Shown: positions 20,696 through 32,374 of the stretch, piece after piece | How positions within the stretch are numbered: position 1 is the stretch's first letter | How the letters are laid out: each line of letters opens with the position of its first letter | Source of the DNA: an uncultured Alphaproteobacteria bacterium | Lineage (GTDB): Bacteria; Pseudomonadota; Alphaproteobacteria; Rhizobiales; Hyphomicrobiaceae | NCBI GenBank assembly: GCA_963821565.1 | Contig: CAWGEK010000014.1 | Coordinates: 14,765-78,764, forward strand | DNA: 64,000 nt | Reading direction: 5' to 3' | Translations under genes and position numbers: made by a program | Notes under the pieces: generated by a model | Seen by the model: the letters and a program-made list of their open reading frames with translations, nothing else | What the model was told of the DNA's origin: nothing | Databases searched by the model: none

Positions 20696-21179
20696 ATGTT
20701 CTCCGAGGAAACAGTCCAAGTCCGACCGGTCAGCCGCATCAGCATCTCGCTGCCGGAGGACCTCCTGACCGAGCTCGACGTCATGGTCGGCGATCGCGGC
20801 TTTGCCAGCCGCTCGCAGGCGATCAACGACATGCTCCACAAGTCGCTCGTCGAGCACAAGCGCGAGCGCGGCGAGGACGTCATGGTCGGTATCGTCACGC
20901 TCTTCTACAACAACTCGGTGCCGGGGCTGCAGAAGAAGCTCGCGGACCTGCAGGCGCGCCATATCGACGAGGTGATCAGCTCGCTTCACGTGCATCTCAT
21001 GCACAATCAGACGATGGAGGTCATCCTCGTGCAGGGTCCCGGCGCACATGCTGCAGGAGATCGCCGACGACATGATCACGCGGCGCGGGGTTGTCTCGGG
21101 CAATATGCAGCTCATCGCGGCGCTCATTCCGCCGTTGCATCCCTTCCCCGAAGAGAAGCGCAAGCGACGCAACGCGTAG
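20696..21179 (+). CDS. NikR-like (ribbon-helix-helix plus ACT-like) transcriptional regulator
   Basis: [25 protein letters not shown]-terminus; [15 protein letters not shown]-domain. Confidence 0.85.
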
Positions 21180-21214
21180 ATGGGCGCTTCCAACCCACTC
21201 TCTGGAGACCATGT

Positions 21215-22264
21215 ATGCCTTCTGCCTTCAAAAGCCTGCCGATCATCGATGTCGGCCGCCTCTACTCTGACAGTCTTGCGGATCGACAAGCCGTGGCCGC
21301 CGAGATTGGCAAGCGCCTCGCGCGACTCGGGCTTCTTCTACGTCTCCGGTCATCCGATCGGGCCGGAGCTGCGCGGGCCTCTGATCGAGGTCGCGAAGTC
21401 GTTCTTCGCGCTGCCGGCCGAAAAGAAGATGACGTGGTACATCGGGAACTCCACGCAACCATTCGGGTTATGTGCCGCCGGGCGAGGAGGTCTTCTACGG
21501 ACAGAAGCCGGATCGCAAGGAAGCCTTCGACGTCCCGATCGACGTGCCGGCGGATGACCCGGACGTGCTCGCGGGCAAGAGCCCGTTTCTGGGTCCTGTG
21601 CAGTGGCCGGACGACCCCGCGTTCAAGGAGCACGTCGCCGCCTACTATGGCGCGGTCTCCGAGCTGGCGCGGCGTCTCTTCAGCGGCTTCGCGCTGGCCC
21701 TCGACCTTGCCGGAGACCTGGTTCGATCAATACCTCTCGAAGCCGCCAAGCCAGCTGAGGCTCATTCACTATCCCTATTCGCCGCGGACGCGCCAGCGGA
21801 TGAACCTGGCATCGGCGCGCATACCGACTACGAGTGCTTCACGATCCTGCTGCCGACGGCGCCGGGTCTCGAGGTGATGAACGGGGAGGGCGAGTGGATC
21901 GATGCGCCGCCGATCGAAGGCGCATTCGTCATCAACATCGGCGACATGCTGGAAGCCTGGTCGAACGGGACGTTCGTCGCAACGTCGCATCGCGTGCGCA
22001 AGGTCAAAGAGGAGCGCTACTCGTTCCCGTATTTCGCGACCTGCGACTATCACACGATCGTTTCGCCGCTGCCGCAGTTCGTAACGGCCGAAAGGCCGGC
22101 GAAATTCAAGCCGACTCGTGTCGGGGGATCACCTGTTCGCGCAGACGGCGCAGACGTTCTCCTATCTCAAGAAGCGGATCGAGGCCGGCACACTCAAGCT
22201 TCCCGAGAGCTCACTCGATCTCTCGAGCTTCGGGCAGGAAGCGCTCAATCGGAAGGCGAGCTGA
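21215..22264 (+). CDS. 2-oxoglutarate/Fe(II) dioxygenase, IPNS/Din11-like
   Basis: LPIIDV, GFFYVSGH, LRLIHY, GAHTDYECFT (HxD), NIGD, TSHRV, RYS; frameshifted. Confidence 0.9.
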
Positions 22265-22313
22265 GATGAAATCGGGATGGGCTCTCAAGCGCGCAGGCGG
22301 ACGTGCCGTGCCA

Positions 22314-23251
22314 ATGACGCTTCGAGGACATCGCCGAGGCCATCGGGCCGAAAGTGCCCGCAAGCGTTCCCACATGGGTGCACGGCGCCTTCAAGCGCCG
22401 GTCGATCACCTTCGCGACCGGGCTCGAGGATGCGCGCACATTCGTCGTCTGGGTGCAATCGCATCGCGCGACCGGCGACATCCGCATTCACCCGGGTCGG
22501 CCGAAGATCACGGCCAGCGACCGCCTCGAGGACATGGACCGCGCGACGCTGGAAATTCTCGCCAGCGTCGAGGGCGGCGTCGCCGAGACGGCGTGGGCCG
22601 ACGGCGTGATGTCGTGGGACAACTGGATCGGCCTGCAGCCCTACAACAAGTATCCCGGAGCCCGGCATCCTGCGCCGCACGGGCGATTGCATGATCGAGT
22701 TCGCGCCGTCCGGAATCTATGTCGAGGATTGGCGCTACATGCTTTCGGCCGCTGGCCTGATGGGAGCTCTTAAGCTGATCGCCGAGATCGACGATACGGG
22801 GACGACGCGCGCGCGCAACGGCGGGTTTGTGTTCGCCGGCCAGCACGCGGTGCTCGTTCTCGGGCGGCGCACGCCGCTTCCGGATGGGGTACCGGCACAG
22901 AAATTCGTCAAGACCAGCAAAGATCCGCTCGCGGCTGCGCGACAGGTTCTCGAGTGCACGGTCGATTACGCAACCGATCACGGCCACGGTTTTCACATCG
23001 CCGCCTCGACCGATCCCTGGCGCGAGGGGCGCAGGCTCGAGATCACGTCCTGCTTCGAGCGGTCGCAGGACCCAGATGTGCTCGTCGAGCGGGTGAAGGG
23101 CGAGCCCGGCATCGTGTCGCGACTGTGGCGGATCGACAGTCTAGAGAGCGCAGTCCAATTTCCGCTTGCGACGCCGGCCGAGCCCGAGAGCTTCAAATGG
23201 CTCGACGGCGAGGCCGATACGCTGATTGCGCCGCTCGGGGCCGCCGCATGA
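22314..23251 (+). CDS. conserved hypothetical protein directly downstream of the dioxygenase
   Basis: Continuous coding across frames ([37 protein letters not shown]); its stop overlaps an in-frame upstream ATG of the next gene. Confidence 0.7.
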
Positions 23252-23274
23252 ATGGTGCCGAGCAAGGAGGTCCC

Positions 23275-23996
23275 ATGCCCGAATTCGCCTATAGGGACAC
23301 GCTTCCCGGCGGGAAGCACTGGTCGCTCACGATGCGGCGCGGTACGGCGCTCAAGCTCATCGACGTCGAGGGCGGCGCCAACGTCGGCATGCTCTTCTAC
23401 AACCCGGCGAATCTGCTCGAGCGCTACAACGCGCCCGACACCTTGAAGTGCCAGCACACGTTCAAGCTGACCAAGGGCCACTGCCTTTACTCGGATATGG
23501 GGCGCATCTTCTGCTCGATCGTCGAGGACACGGCGGCTGGCACGACACCGTGTGCGGCAACACGACGAAGGCGATGGTCACGGCGCGCTGGGGCGGCGCG
23601 AGCTACCAGGCGCATCGCAACGACTGGCAGCAGAACGGCCACGACAGCTTCCTGGTCGAGGCCGGCAAGTACGGTCTCGGGCGGCGGGATCTCGCGGCCA
23701 ACGTCAACTGGTTCAGCAAGGTCGGCACGGCCGACGACGGCCGCATGCTCTTCGACGCGAGCGCGGCGCGAGCGGGCGCGACGCGTCGTGCTCCGCTTCG
23801 AGATGGACACGCTCGTGCTCTTGCACACGTGTCCGCATCCGCTCGATCCGTCGCCGACCTATCCGCGGAAGCCCGTGACCTATGAGATCGGCGTGGCCGC
23901 GCCGGTCGGCGCGGCGACGCCTGCCTCAACTCGGCGCCGGAGAACGGGCGCGGGTTCGAGAACAACCGTCTCTTCCACATCGGCTGCGGGCATTGA
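23275..23996 (+). CDS. cgdA: urea-carboxylase-associated protein 1 / carboxyguanidine deiminase subunit (DUF1989)
   Basis: [51 protein letters not shown]. Confidence 0.88.
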
Positions 23997-24010
23997 GGGA
24001 GGGATCGGCC

Positions 24011-24658
24011 ATGCTCAAGGAAAGCCATCTCGATCCCGCGCGCGCGAGCTTCCGCAAGGTCGTGCCGGCCGGCGACTATTTCCTGCACGTCGTCAAGCAG
24101 GGCGAGACGGTGCGCATCGTCGACGTCGAGGGAAACCAGGCTGCCGACACGCTCTTTTTCAATGCCGACGATCCGCACGAGCGCTACTCCGCGATGGATA
24201 CCATTCGCGAGCAGGGGAACGTCTACCTCAGCGTCGGCACGACGATCCTCTCCGATCTCTGCCGGCCGATGCTCAAGATTACGGCCGATACGGTGGGGCG
24301 CCACGACACGCTCGGCGGCGCGTGCGCCGCGGAGGCCAACACCGTGCGCTATGCGCTCGAGAAGAAGAGCATGCACTCGTGCCGGGACACGTATCTGCTG
24401 GCGGTCGCGGAGAACGAGCAGCTCGGCCTCACGAAGCGCGACATCGCCCACAACATCAACTTCTTCATGAACGTGCCGATCACGCCGGATGGCGGTCTCA
24501 CGTTCGCGGACGGGGTGTCGGGACCCGGCAAGTACGTCGAGATGGAAGCGCAGATGAACGTCATCGTGCTGATCTCGAACTGCCCGCAGCTCAACAATCC
24601 CTGCAACGCCTACAACCCGACGCCGCTCGAGGTCCTGATCTGGAGCGAGGGGTCCTGA
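24011..24658 (+). CDS. cgdB: urea-carboxylase-associated protein 2 / carboxyguanidine deiminase subunit (DUF1989)
   Basis: [48 protein letters not shown]. Confidence 0.92.
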   Translation: MLKESHLDPARASFRKVVPAGDYFLHVVKQGETVRIVDVEGNQAADTLFFNADDPHERYSAMDTIREQGNVYLSVGTTILSDLCRPMLKITADTVGRHDTLGGACAAEANTVRYALEKKSMHSCRDTYLLAVAENEQLGLTKRDIAHNINFFMNVPITPDGGLTFADGVSGPGKYVEMEAQMNVIVLISNCPQLNNPCNAYNPTPLEVLIWSEGS

Positions 24659-24662
24659 GCGC

Positions 24663-27600
24663 ATGTTCTCGAAGGTCCTCATCGCCAATCGCGGCGCCAT
24701 CGCGACGCGCATCATTCGCACGCTGCGATCGCATGGGTGTCGCGAGCGTCGCCGTCTATTCGGAGGCCGACCGTCATGCGGCGCATGTCGCGCGGGCCGG
24801 CGAGGCGGTTGCGATCGGCCCGGCGCCCGCGGCGCAGAGCTATCTCAAGGCCGATGCAATTCTCGAGGCGGCGCGCAAGACCGGCGCCGAGGCCATCCAC
24901 CCGGGCTACGGCTTTCTTTCCGAGAATCCGGATTTTGCCGAGGCCTGCGAGAAGGCCGGCATCCGCTTCATCGGACCGCGGGCCGAGCAGATGCGGGCGT
25001 TCGGGCTCAAGCACAAGGCGCGGGAGCTGGCGCTCAAGGCGGGTGTGCCGCTCGCGCCGGGCTCGGATCTCGTGCGCGATGTCGCGCATGCGCGCAGCGA
25101 GGCGGCGCGCATCGGCTTTCCGGTGATGCTGAAGAGCACGGCGGGCGGCGGCGGCATCGGGCTGCAGCTCGTCAATTCCGAGGCCGAACTCGCGTCCGAC
25201 GTTCGAGCGCGTCGAGCGCCTGGCGCGCAACAACTTCAAGGACGGCGGAATCTTCCTCGAGAAGTACGTCGCGCGCGGGCGGCATATCGAGGTGCAGATC
25301 TTCGGCGACGGCCGCGGCCGCGTCATCGCGCTCGGCGAGCGCGACTGCTCGGCGCAGCGGCGCAATCAGAAGGTGATCGAGGAGACGCCGGCGCCGGGTC
25401 TTTCGGACAAAATGCGCGCGCGAGCTGTGGGCGACGGCGGTGCGGCTCGGCAAGTCCGTCGGCTACGAGAGCGCGGGCACGGTCGAGTTTCTCTACGACA
25501 GCGACACGAACGAGTTCTATTTCCTCGAGGTCAATACGCGGCTTCAGGTCGAGCACGGCGTCACCGAGGAGGTGACAGGCATCGATCTCGTGGAGTGGAT
25601 GGTGCGCCAGGCCGCGGGCGAGCTTGCGCTGCCCGAGCAGTCGCAGATCAAGCCGACAGGGTGCCTCGATCCAGGTGCGCCTCTACGCCGAGGATCCGGG
25701 CCGCGACTTCCGTCCGAGCTCGGGGCTGCTCGACGCATGTCGCCTGGCCCGAGGGTGCGCGTGTCGAGACCTGGGTCGCGAGCGGAACGGAGGTATCGCC
25801 GTTCTACGATCCGATGCTCGCCAAGATCATCACCAAGGGCGCGACGCGGGCCGAGGCGCTGTCGCGGCTCGAGCAGGCTCTCGCGTCGACCGAGATCGGC
25901 GGGCTCGAGACCAATCTTCTCTATCTGCGCGATCTCGCCGCGTCGGACGTGTTTGCCAAGGGCGAGATGCTGACGCGGACGCTCGCGACATTTCCCTATC
26001 AGCCGAAGACGATCGAGGTGCTGGCGCCGGGCACGGTGACGACGATGCAGGACTATCCCGGACGGCTCGGGATACTGGGACGTGGGCGTGCCGCCGTCGG
26101 GACCCATGGACAGCCGGTCGCTTCGGCTCGCGAACCGCGCCGTCGGCAATCCGGACGGTGCGGCCGGGACTCGAGATGACGCTCTCGGGGCCTTCGCTCA
26201 AGTTCAACTCCGCGGCCGTCATCTGCCTCATGGGCGCGGCGATGCCGGCGCTTCTCGATGGCCGCGAGATCGCCTACGGCCGCGCGGTCAACAGTCGAGG
26301 CGGGGCAGACGCTCAAGCTCGGCACGATCGCAAGCCAGGGTGTGCGCACCTATCTCGCCGTGCGCGGCGGCTTCGATGTGCCCGACTATCTCGGCGCCAA
26401 GGCGACCTTCACGCTCGGCCGCTTCGGCGGTCACGGCGGGCAGGCCGCTGCTCATCGGCGACGTGCTCCACATCGGCGAGGCGGCAGTCTCAGAGCCGCG
26501 GGCTGTGCCGGATGCGCTCATGCCGCCGCTCTCCAACGCGTGGCGGATCGGCGTGCTCTATGGCCCGCATGGCGCGCCGGAGTTTTTCACCGAGGAGGAC
26601 ATCGAGACCTTTTTCGCCGCCGACTGGGAGGTGCACTACAACTCGAGCCGGACCGGCGTGCGCCTCATCGGCCCCAAGCCGAAATGGGCGCGCAGCGACG
26701 GCGGCGAGGCGGGGCTGCATCCGTCGAACATCCACGACAACGCCTATGCCATCGGCGCGGTGGACTTCACCGGCGACATGCCGATCATCCTCGGGCCCGA
26801 CGGTCCGTCGCTCGGCGGCTTCGTGTGTCCGGTGACGATCGTGCAGGCGGAGCTGTGGAAGATCGGCCAGCTCAGGCCCGGCGACAAGGTCCGCTTCGAG
26901 CGCTGGACGCCCGAGCAGGCCACTCTGGCAGCCGCGACGCAAGAGGCGGAGATCGCGTCGCTCAATGCGGGCGCAAAGCCTGCCACGATCGGGCCTGCTC
27001 GCGCCGGGCCGGACCATTGCATCGTCGGCGAGATTCCCGAGGAGCCCGGCAAGCCGCGCGTCGTCTATCGTCGCGCCGGCGACGCCTATCTGCTCGTCGA
27101 GTACGGGCCGATCGTGCTCGACCTCGAGCTGCGCATCCGCGTGCACGGGCTGATGGCGGCGCTCGAAGCGCGGGACGATCCTGCGATCATCGATCTCACG
27201 CCGGGCGTGCGCTCGCTGCAGATCCATTACGATCCGCGCCAAGCTGCCGCTCGAGGATCTGATCGCGCTACTGCGCGGCATCGATGCCGAGCTCGACAGC
27301 ATCGACGACATCACCGTGCCGAGCCGCATCGTGCGCCTGCCGCTGTCGTGGAATGACGTCACGATGCAGCAGGCGATCGACAAGTACGCGCAGTCCGTGC
27401 GCCCGGACGCGCCGTGGTGCCCGAGCAATATCGAGTTCATCCGGCGCATGAACGGGCTCGAGAGCGTCGACGAGGTGCGCCGCATCGTGTTCGAGGCGAG
27501 CTATCTCGTGCTCGGTCTCGGCGACGTCTACCTCGGCGCGCCGGTGGCGACGCCGGTCGATCCGCGTCATCGCCTGGTGACGACGAAATACAACCCGGCC

Positions 27601-28293
27601 CGCACGTGGACGGCGGAGAACAGCGTCGGCATCGGCGGCGCCTACATGTGCGTCTACGGCATGGAGGGCCCCGGCGGCTATCAGCTCTTCGGGCGCACGT
27701 GCCAGATGTGGAACACCTATCGCGCGACGAAGGAGTTCGAGGCCGGAAAGCCGTGGCTGCTGCGCTTCTTCGACCAGGTTCGCTTCTATCCCGTGTCGAG
27801 CGAGGAGCTGATCGCGCTTCCGCGAAGGCTTCCTCGACGGGACCGTCTCGCTCGACATCGAGCCGGCGACATTCAATCTCAAGGATTATCGCGCCTTTCT
27901 CGCTGCGAATGGCGACGCGATCCGCGCCTTCAAGAGCCGCCAGCAAGCGGCCTTCGAGGCCGAGCGGGCGCGCTGGCAGACGATCGATCAGGCGGGCGAG
28001 GCGGTCGATATCCGGCGCCGGCGTCGAGACGAGCGACGACGCTCTTCCGGATGGCGCGACGGCGGTGCGCGAGTCCCGTGCCGGGCAGCGTCTGGAAGCT
28101 CGCCGTGACGCAAGGTGCGCGCGTTGCCGCGGGCGACGTGCTGGTCGTCGTCGAGTCCATGAAGATGGAAATGTCGGTCGTCGCGTCCGTGGACGGCATC
28201 GTGCATGAGGTGCGGTGCGCCGAGGGGCGCTCGGTGGCGCTGGGCCAGACGCTGATCGTGCTGACCGAAGCCGAAGCGGAGGCTGCGCAGTGA
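24663..28293 (+). CDS. uca: urea/guanidine carboxylase (biotin-dependent)
   Basis: [61 protein letters not shown], biotin site ESMKME; many frameshifts. Confidence 0.95.
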
Positions 28294-30083
28294 CCTACTC
28301 GCTCGATCTGGCATCGCTTACGGCTGCCTACGATAGCGGCCGGCTGACGCCGGAGGATGTGATCGGCGAGGTTCACGCGCGCATTGCGGCGGCCGGCGAG
28401 CGGCCGGTCTGGATCACGCTGCTCGGCGAGGAGGAGGCGCGCTTTCGGGCGCGCATCCGTGCGGCGCGGACCGCTCTACGGCATTCCGTTTGCGGTCAAG
28501 GACAACATCGACGTCGCGGGCTTGCCGACGACGTGCGCGTGCCCGGAGTTCTGCGTATGTGCCGGATCGCTCGGCGACGGTCGTCGAGCGCCTCGAGGCC
28601 GCCGGCGCGATCGTCATCGGCAAGACCAACATGGACCAGTTCGCGACCGGGCTCGTCGGCACGCGGTCGCCGTTCGGCATCCCGTCGAGCGTGTTCAGCG
28701 CCGAGCACATCTCGGGCGGGTCGAGCTCGGGATCGGCGGTCGCGGTGGCGGCGGGGCCTCGTGTCGTTCGCACTCGGGACCGACACGGCCGGATCGGGGC
28801 GCGTGCCGGCGGCCTTCAACAATATCGTCGGGCTTGAAGCCGACCAAGGGACTCATCAGCACGAAAGGCGTCGTGCCGGCCTGCCGGACGCAGGATGCCG
28901 TGTCGATCTTCGCTTCGACGGTCGGAGACGCGTCGGCAATCCTCAGCGTCGCGGCGGGCTACGATCCCGGAGATCCCTATTCGCGACGCGCGGATCCGCA
29001 GCTCGATGGCGCGGCATTACCGCAACGCTTTCGCTTCGGCGTGCCTGCCGGCGGTCTCGAGTTCTTCGGCGATCAGGCTGCGGCGGCGTTGTACAAGGAC
29101 GCCGTCGCGCGTCTCACCTCGCTCGGCGGGCAGGCTGTGGCGATCGATTTCGCGCCGTTCCGCGAGGCGGCGAGCCTGCTCTACGCGGGGCCCTGGGTCG
29201 CGGAGCGGCTCGCGGCCATTCACGACTTCGCGCACTCGCATCCCGCCGCCATGCACGAGGTCGTGCGCGGGATCATATGCGGGGCGGACAAGATCGACGC
29301 CGTATCGGCGTTCAAGGCGTTCTACGCCTTGCCGAGCTCACGCGCGCCGCGGAGGACGAATGGTCCAAGATGGACGTTCTGCTGCTGCCGACTGCGCCGA
29401 CCATCTACCGCATCGAGGAGGTGCTGGCCGATCCTGTGCGCCTCAACTCGAACCTCGGCATCTACACCAACTTCGTCAATCTCATGGATCTGTCGGCGCT
29501 CGCGGTGCCGGCTGGCTTCCGCCCCGACGGCCTGCCCTTCGGCGTGACGCTGATCGCTCGCGCGTTCGAGGACGGCGAAGCTCGCGGCGCTGGGCGACAG
29601 GCTGCATCGCGCGCTGCCGGGCGCGACGATGGGCGCGAGCGGCATGGCCGCTCCCGGAGATCAAGTGCGGTGGCGCCGGCTCAAGGGCCGGAGCCTTATC
29701 GGGTCGCGGTCGTCGGCGCGCACCTCACGGGCCAGCCCCTCAACGGTCAGCTCGTCGAGCGGCGCGCGCGGCTCGTCGAGACGACGCGCACGGGGCCCGG
29801 CTACAGCTTCTATGCGCTCCCGGGAACCGTGCCGCCGAAGCCGGGGCTCGTGTTCGACGGCAAAGGGAAGGGCGGCATCGAGGTCGAGGTGTGGGAGATG
29901 GACGCTGCCGGCTTCGGCTCGTTCGTCGGTCTCATTCCGGCGCCGCTCGGTATCGGCACGGTCAGGCTCGCGGACGGCAGCGCCGTGAAAGGGTTCCTCT
30001 GCGAAGCGTATGCGGTGCGCGGGGCGGAGGACATCACGGCATTCGGCGGCTGGCGGGCGTGGCTCGGTCGCGCCAAGTCCTGA
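28290..30083 (+). CDS. atzF: allophanate hydrolase
   Basis: [53 protein letters not shown]-domain AVVGAHL..FGGWRAW. Confidence 0.95.
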   Translation: MTYSLDLASLTAAYDSGRLTPEDVIGEVHARIAAAGERPVWITLLGEEEARFRARIRAARTALRHSVCGQGQHRRRGLADDVRVPGVLRMCRIARRRSSSASRPPARSSSARPTWTSSRPGSSARGRRSASRRACSAPSTSRAGRARDRRSRWRRGLVSFALGTDTAGSGRVPAAFNNIVGLEADQGTHQHERRRAGLPDAGCRVDLRFDGRRRVGNPQRRGGLRSRRSLFATRGSAARWRGITATLSLRRACRRSRVLRRSGCGGVVQGRRRASHLARRAGCGDRFRAVPRGGEPALRGALGRGAARGHSRLRALASRRHARGRARDHMRGGQDRRRIGVQGVLRLAELTRAAEDEWSKMDVLLLPTAPTIYRIEEVLADPVRLNSNLGIYTNFVNLMDLSALAVPAGFRPDGLPFGVTLIARAFEDGEARGAGRQAASRAAGRDDGRERHGRSRRSSAVAPAQGPEPYRVAVVGAHLTGQPLNGQLVERRARLVETTRTGPGYSFYALPGTVPPKPGLVFDGKGKGGIEVEVWEMDAAGFGSFVGLIPAPLGIGTVRLADGSAVKGFLCEAYAVRGAEDITAFGGWRAWLGRAKS

Positions 30084-30089
30084 GGCGGC

Positions 30090-31454
30090 TCAGAAGAACT
30101 TCAAGTAGCGGGCGTGCTCCCAGTCGGAGACGTGGTTCAAGTAGCTCAGCCACTCGTCGCGCTTATAGGCGAGCCAGGTGTCGCGCATCGTCGTGCCGAA
30201 CACTTTCTCGCTCAGTGGGTCGTCGGCGAAGGCATCGACGGCCTCGCCGAGCGTGCGCGGCAGACGGGCGATGCCCATCTCCTTGAGCTCCGTCTCGCTC
30301 TTCAGATACATGTTCTCGAGGTGCGGCTCGCCGGGATCGAGATCCTCTCGATGCCTTCGAGGCCGGCCGCGAGCACCATCGCCGCGCCGAGATAGGGATT
30401 GCAGGAGCTGTCGGCGGCGCGCAGCTCGACGCGGCCGCCGGCGAGGGGGATGCGCAGCGTGTTGGTGCGGTTGTTGTTGCCGTAGCAGGCCCAGACCGGC
30501 GCCCAGGTGAAGCCCGACATAGAGCCCCGCAGAATCAGGCGCTTGTAGCTGTTGACGGTCGGGGCGACCACGGCGCAGATGGCGGGCAGATGGCGGAGCA
30601 CGCCGGCCAGGAACTGGTAACCAAGCTTGGACAGGTTGCAACCACGCTGGTCGTCGGCATCGGTGAAGAGGTTCTTGCCGGATTTCTTGTCGTAGATCGA
30701 CATGTTGAAGTGGGCGCCGCGAGCCCGCGCGATCGGCGTAGGGCTTGGGCATGAAGGTGGCGAAGCCGCCGTGCTTCCTCGCGATCTCGTGCGCCATCAG
30801 GCGGAAGAAGACGTAGCGGTCGGCCATCGTGAGGGCGTCGAAGTAGCGGAAGTCGACCTCGAACTGGCCGATGCCGTCCTCGTGGTCGAAGGAATAGACG
30901 TCCCAGCCGAGGCCGTTCATGGCGCCGACGAGCTCGCTCATCCAGCCCATGTTGTCGAGCATGCGGGCGACGTCGTAGGCGGGCTTGGCGAGATGCTTGC
31001 GGTCTGACAGCGGGCTGAAGGCGCCGAACGGCTCGTCCTTAAGTACGAAGAACTCGGCCTCCATGCCGAGATTGAGGCCTAGCCCCATGTCGGCGGCCTG
31101 TTTCAGGACGCGCTTCAGGATGTTGCGGCAGCAGGGCTCGAAGGGCTCGCCCTTGCACCAGAGGTCGCTCGCGAACCAGGCCACTTCCGTCTTCCAGGGC
31201 AGCACGAGTGCAGGACCGCGGGATCGGGGAAGGCCGCGACCTCCTCGTCGCTCACGTCCTGCGGGACGCCGTCGAGTGCCGCGCCGGTGCAAAGCTCGGA
31301 GCCGCCAAGCATGTCGCGCAGGTGCGCGATGGGCACGACCTTGCCCTTGGAGACGCCGTGCATGTCGACGTAGCTCGCGAGCATGAACTCGACGCCCTTG
31401 CCGGCGAGATTCTCTGCCAGAGCGCTTGGTCTTCTCGTCTGCGACTGCATCCAT
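30090..31454 (-). CDS. glnT: type III glutamine synthetase-like ligase (copy 2)
   Basis: [58 protein letters not shown]; frameshifted. Confidence 0.85.
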   Translation of the reverse strand: MDAVADEKTKRSGRESRRQGRRVHARELRRHARRLQGQGRAHRAPARHAWRLRALHRRGTRRRPAGRERRGGRGLPRSRGPALVLPWKTEVAWFASDLWCKGEPFEPCCRNILKRVLKQAADMGLGLNLGMEAEFFVLKDEPFGAFSPLSDRKHLAKPAYDVARMLDNMGWMSELVGAMNGLGWDVYSFDHEDGIGQFEVDFRYFDALTMADRYVFFRLMAHEIARKHGGFATFMPKPYADRAGSRRPLQHVDLRQEIRQEPLHRCRRPAWLQPVQAWLPVPGRRAPPSARHLRRGRPDRQQLQAPDSAGLYVGLHLGAGLGLLRQQQPHQHAAHPPRRRPRRAARRRQLLQSLSRRGDGARGRPRRHREDLDPGEPHLENMYLKSETELKEMGIARLPRTLGEAVDAFADDPLSEKVFGTTMRDTWLAYKRDEWLSYLNHVSDWEHARYLKFF

Positions 31455-31667
31455 GGCGGGTCCTCCGTTCAAGTGCGGCAACGGAAGGCTTTATTTAACT
31501 ACACAATTAATTTATGACGGAAGCGGGAACTCGATGGTTTCTGCCGCGTTTTCGTACAATATTGCGCACCAGAGTGATGAGGTCCGAGGCAGGGCGCGAA
31601 TGGCGCGTCGCTGTCTGTCGACGGCGTCTGTGGCAGGCTTCGGTCCAGTGATGCGGAGCGGCAAGAC

Positions 31668-32371
31668 GTGGCGAGCAAGAAGGGACGACGGGGGACGCGC
31701 GTGAGCAGTCCGGCGACACGGTCGCCAGCAAAGGCGAGAGGCCAGCCGCGGCGTCCCAAGGCGAACGGCGTCGGGCGGCCCAAGGCAAGCGCCGATCCGG
31801 TCGATGCCGAGATGGCAATCCGCGAGGCGGCGCTCGAGCTCTTCTCCGCGCGTAATTTCTCGACCGTGACGACGAAGGACATCGCGGAGGCGACGGGGCT
31901 CAACACGGCGCTCATCTACTACTACTTCGGCAGCAAGGAGGAGCTGTTCCGGAGCGCGGTCGCGCTCGCGGTCGAGCGCGCGTTTCATCAGTTCCGCATT
32001 TCGCGCAAGGATCTCGAAGAGTCCGCGCGAGGTCATCACCGGCTGGCTCGACAACCATATCCGGGAGTACGCGACGATCCTGAAGCTGATCAAGATCGCC
32101 ATCGACTACGCCAGCACGGCGGACAGGAAGGCCGGCATCGATCGCGCTATCCGGCGCTTCTACGTGCGACGAGCGCGAGGTGCTGCGCGAGGCGCTGTCG
32201 GCGGGTATCGCGCGGGGCGATTTCCGCAAGGTCGACGTGGACGCGACGTCGACGTTCATCTCGACCTATCTCGACGGCGTGTTCGTGCGCTCGGTCATTC
32301 TCAAGGATTTCGATCCGGTGGCGGCGATCGGCGAGCTGCGCTCGTTTCTCGATTCGCTGCTCAAGCGATGA
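31668..32371 (+). CDS. TetR/AcrR family transcriptional regulator
   Basis: AALELFSARNF..TTKDIAEATGLNTALIYYYFGSKEELF HTH; divergent from GS-III copy 2. Confidence 0.9.
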
Positions 32372-32374
32372 GGG

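Noticed and set aside
22954-25575. 873-aa ORF suggesting a CgdA-carboxylase fusion
   Set aside because: Frame-hopping artefact; cgdA, cgdB and uca have separate starts
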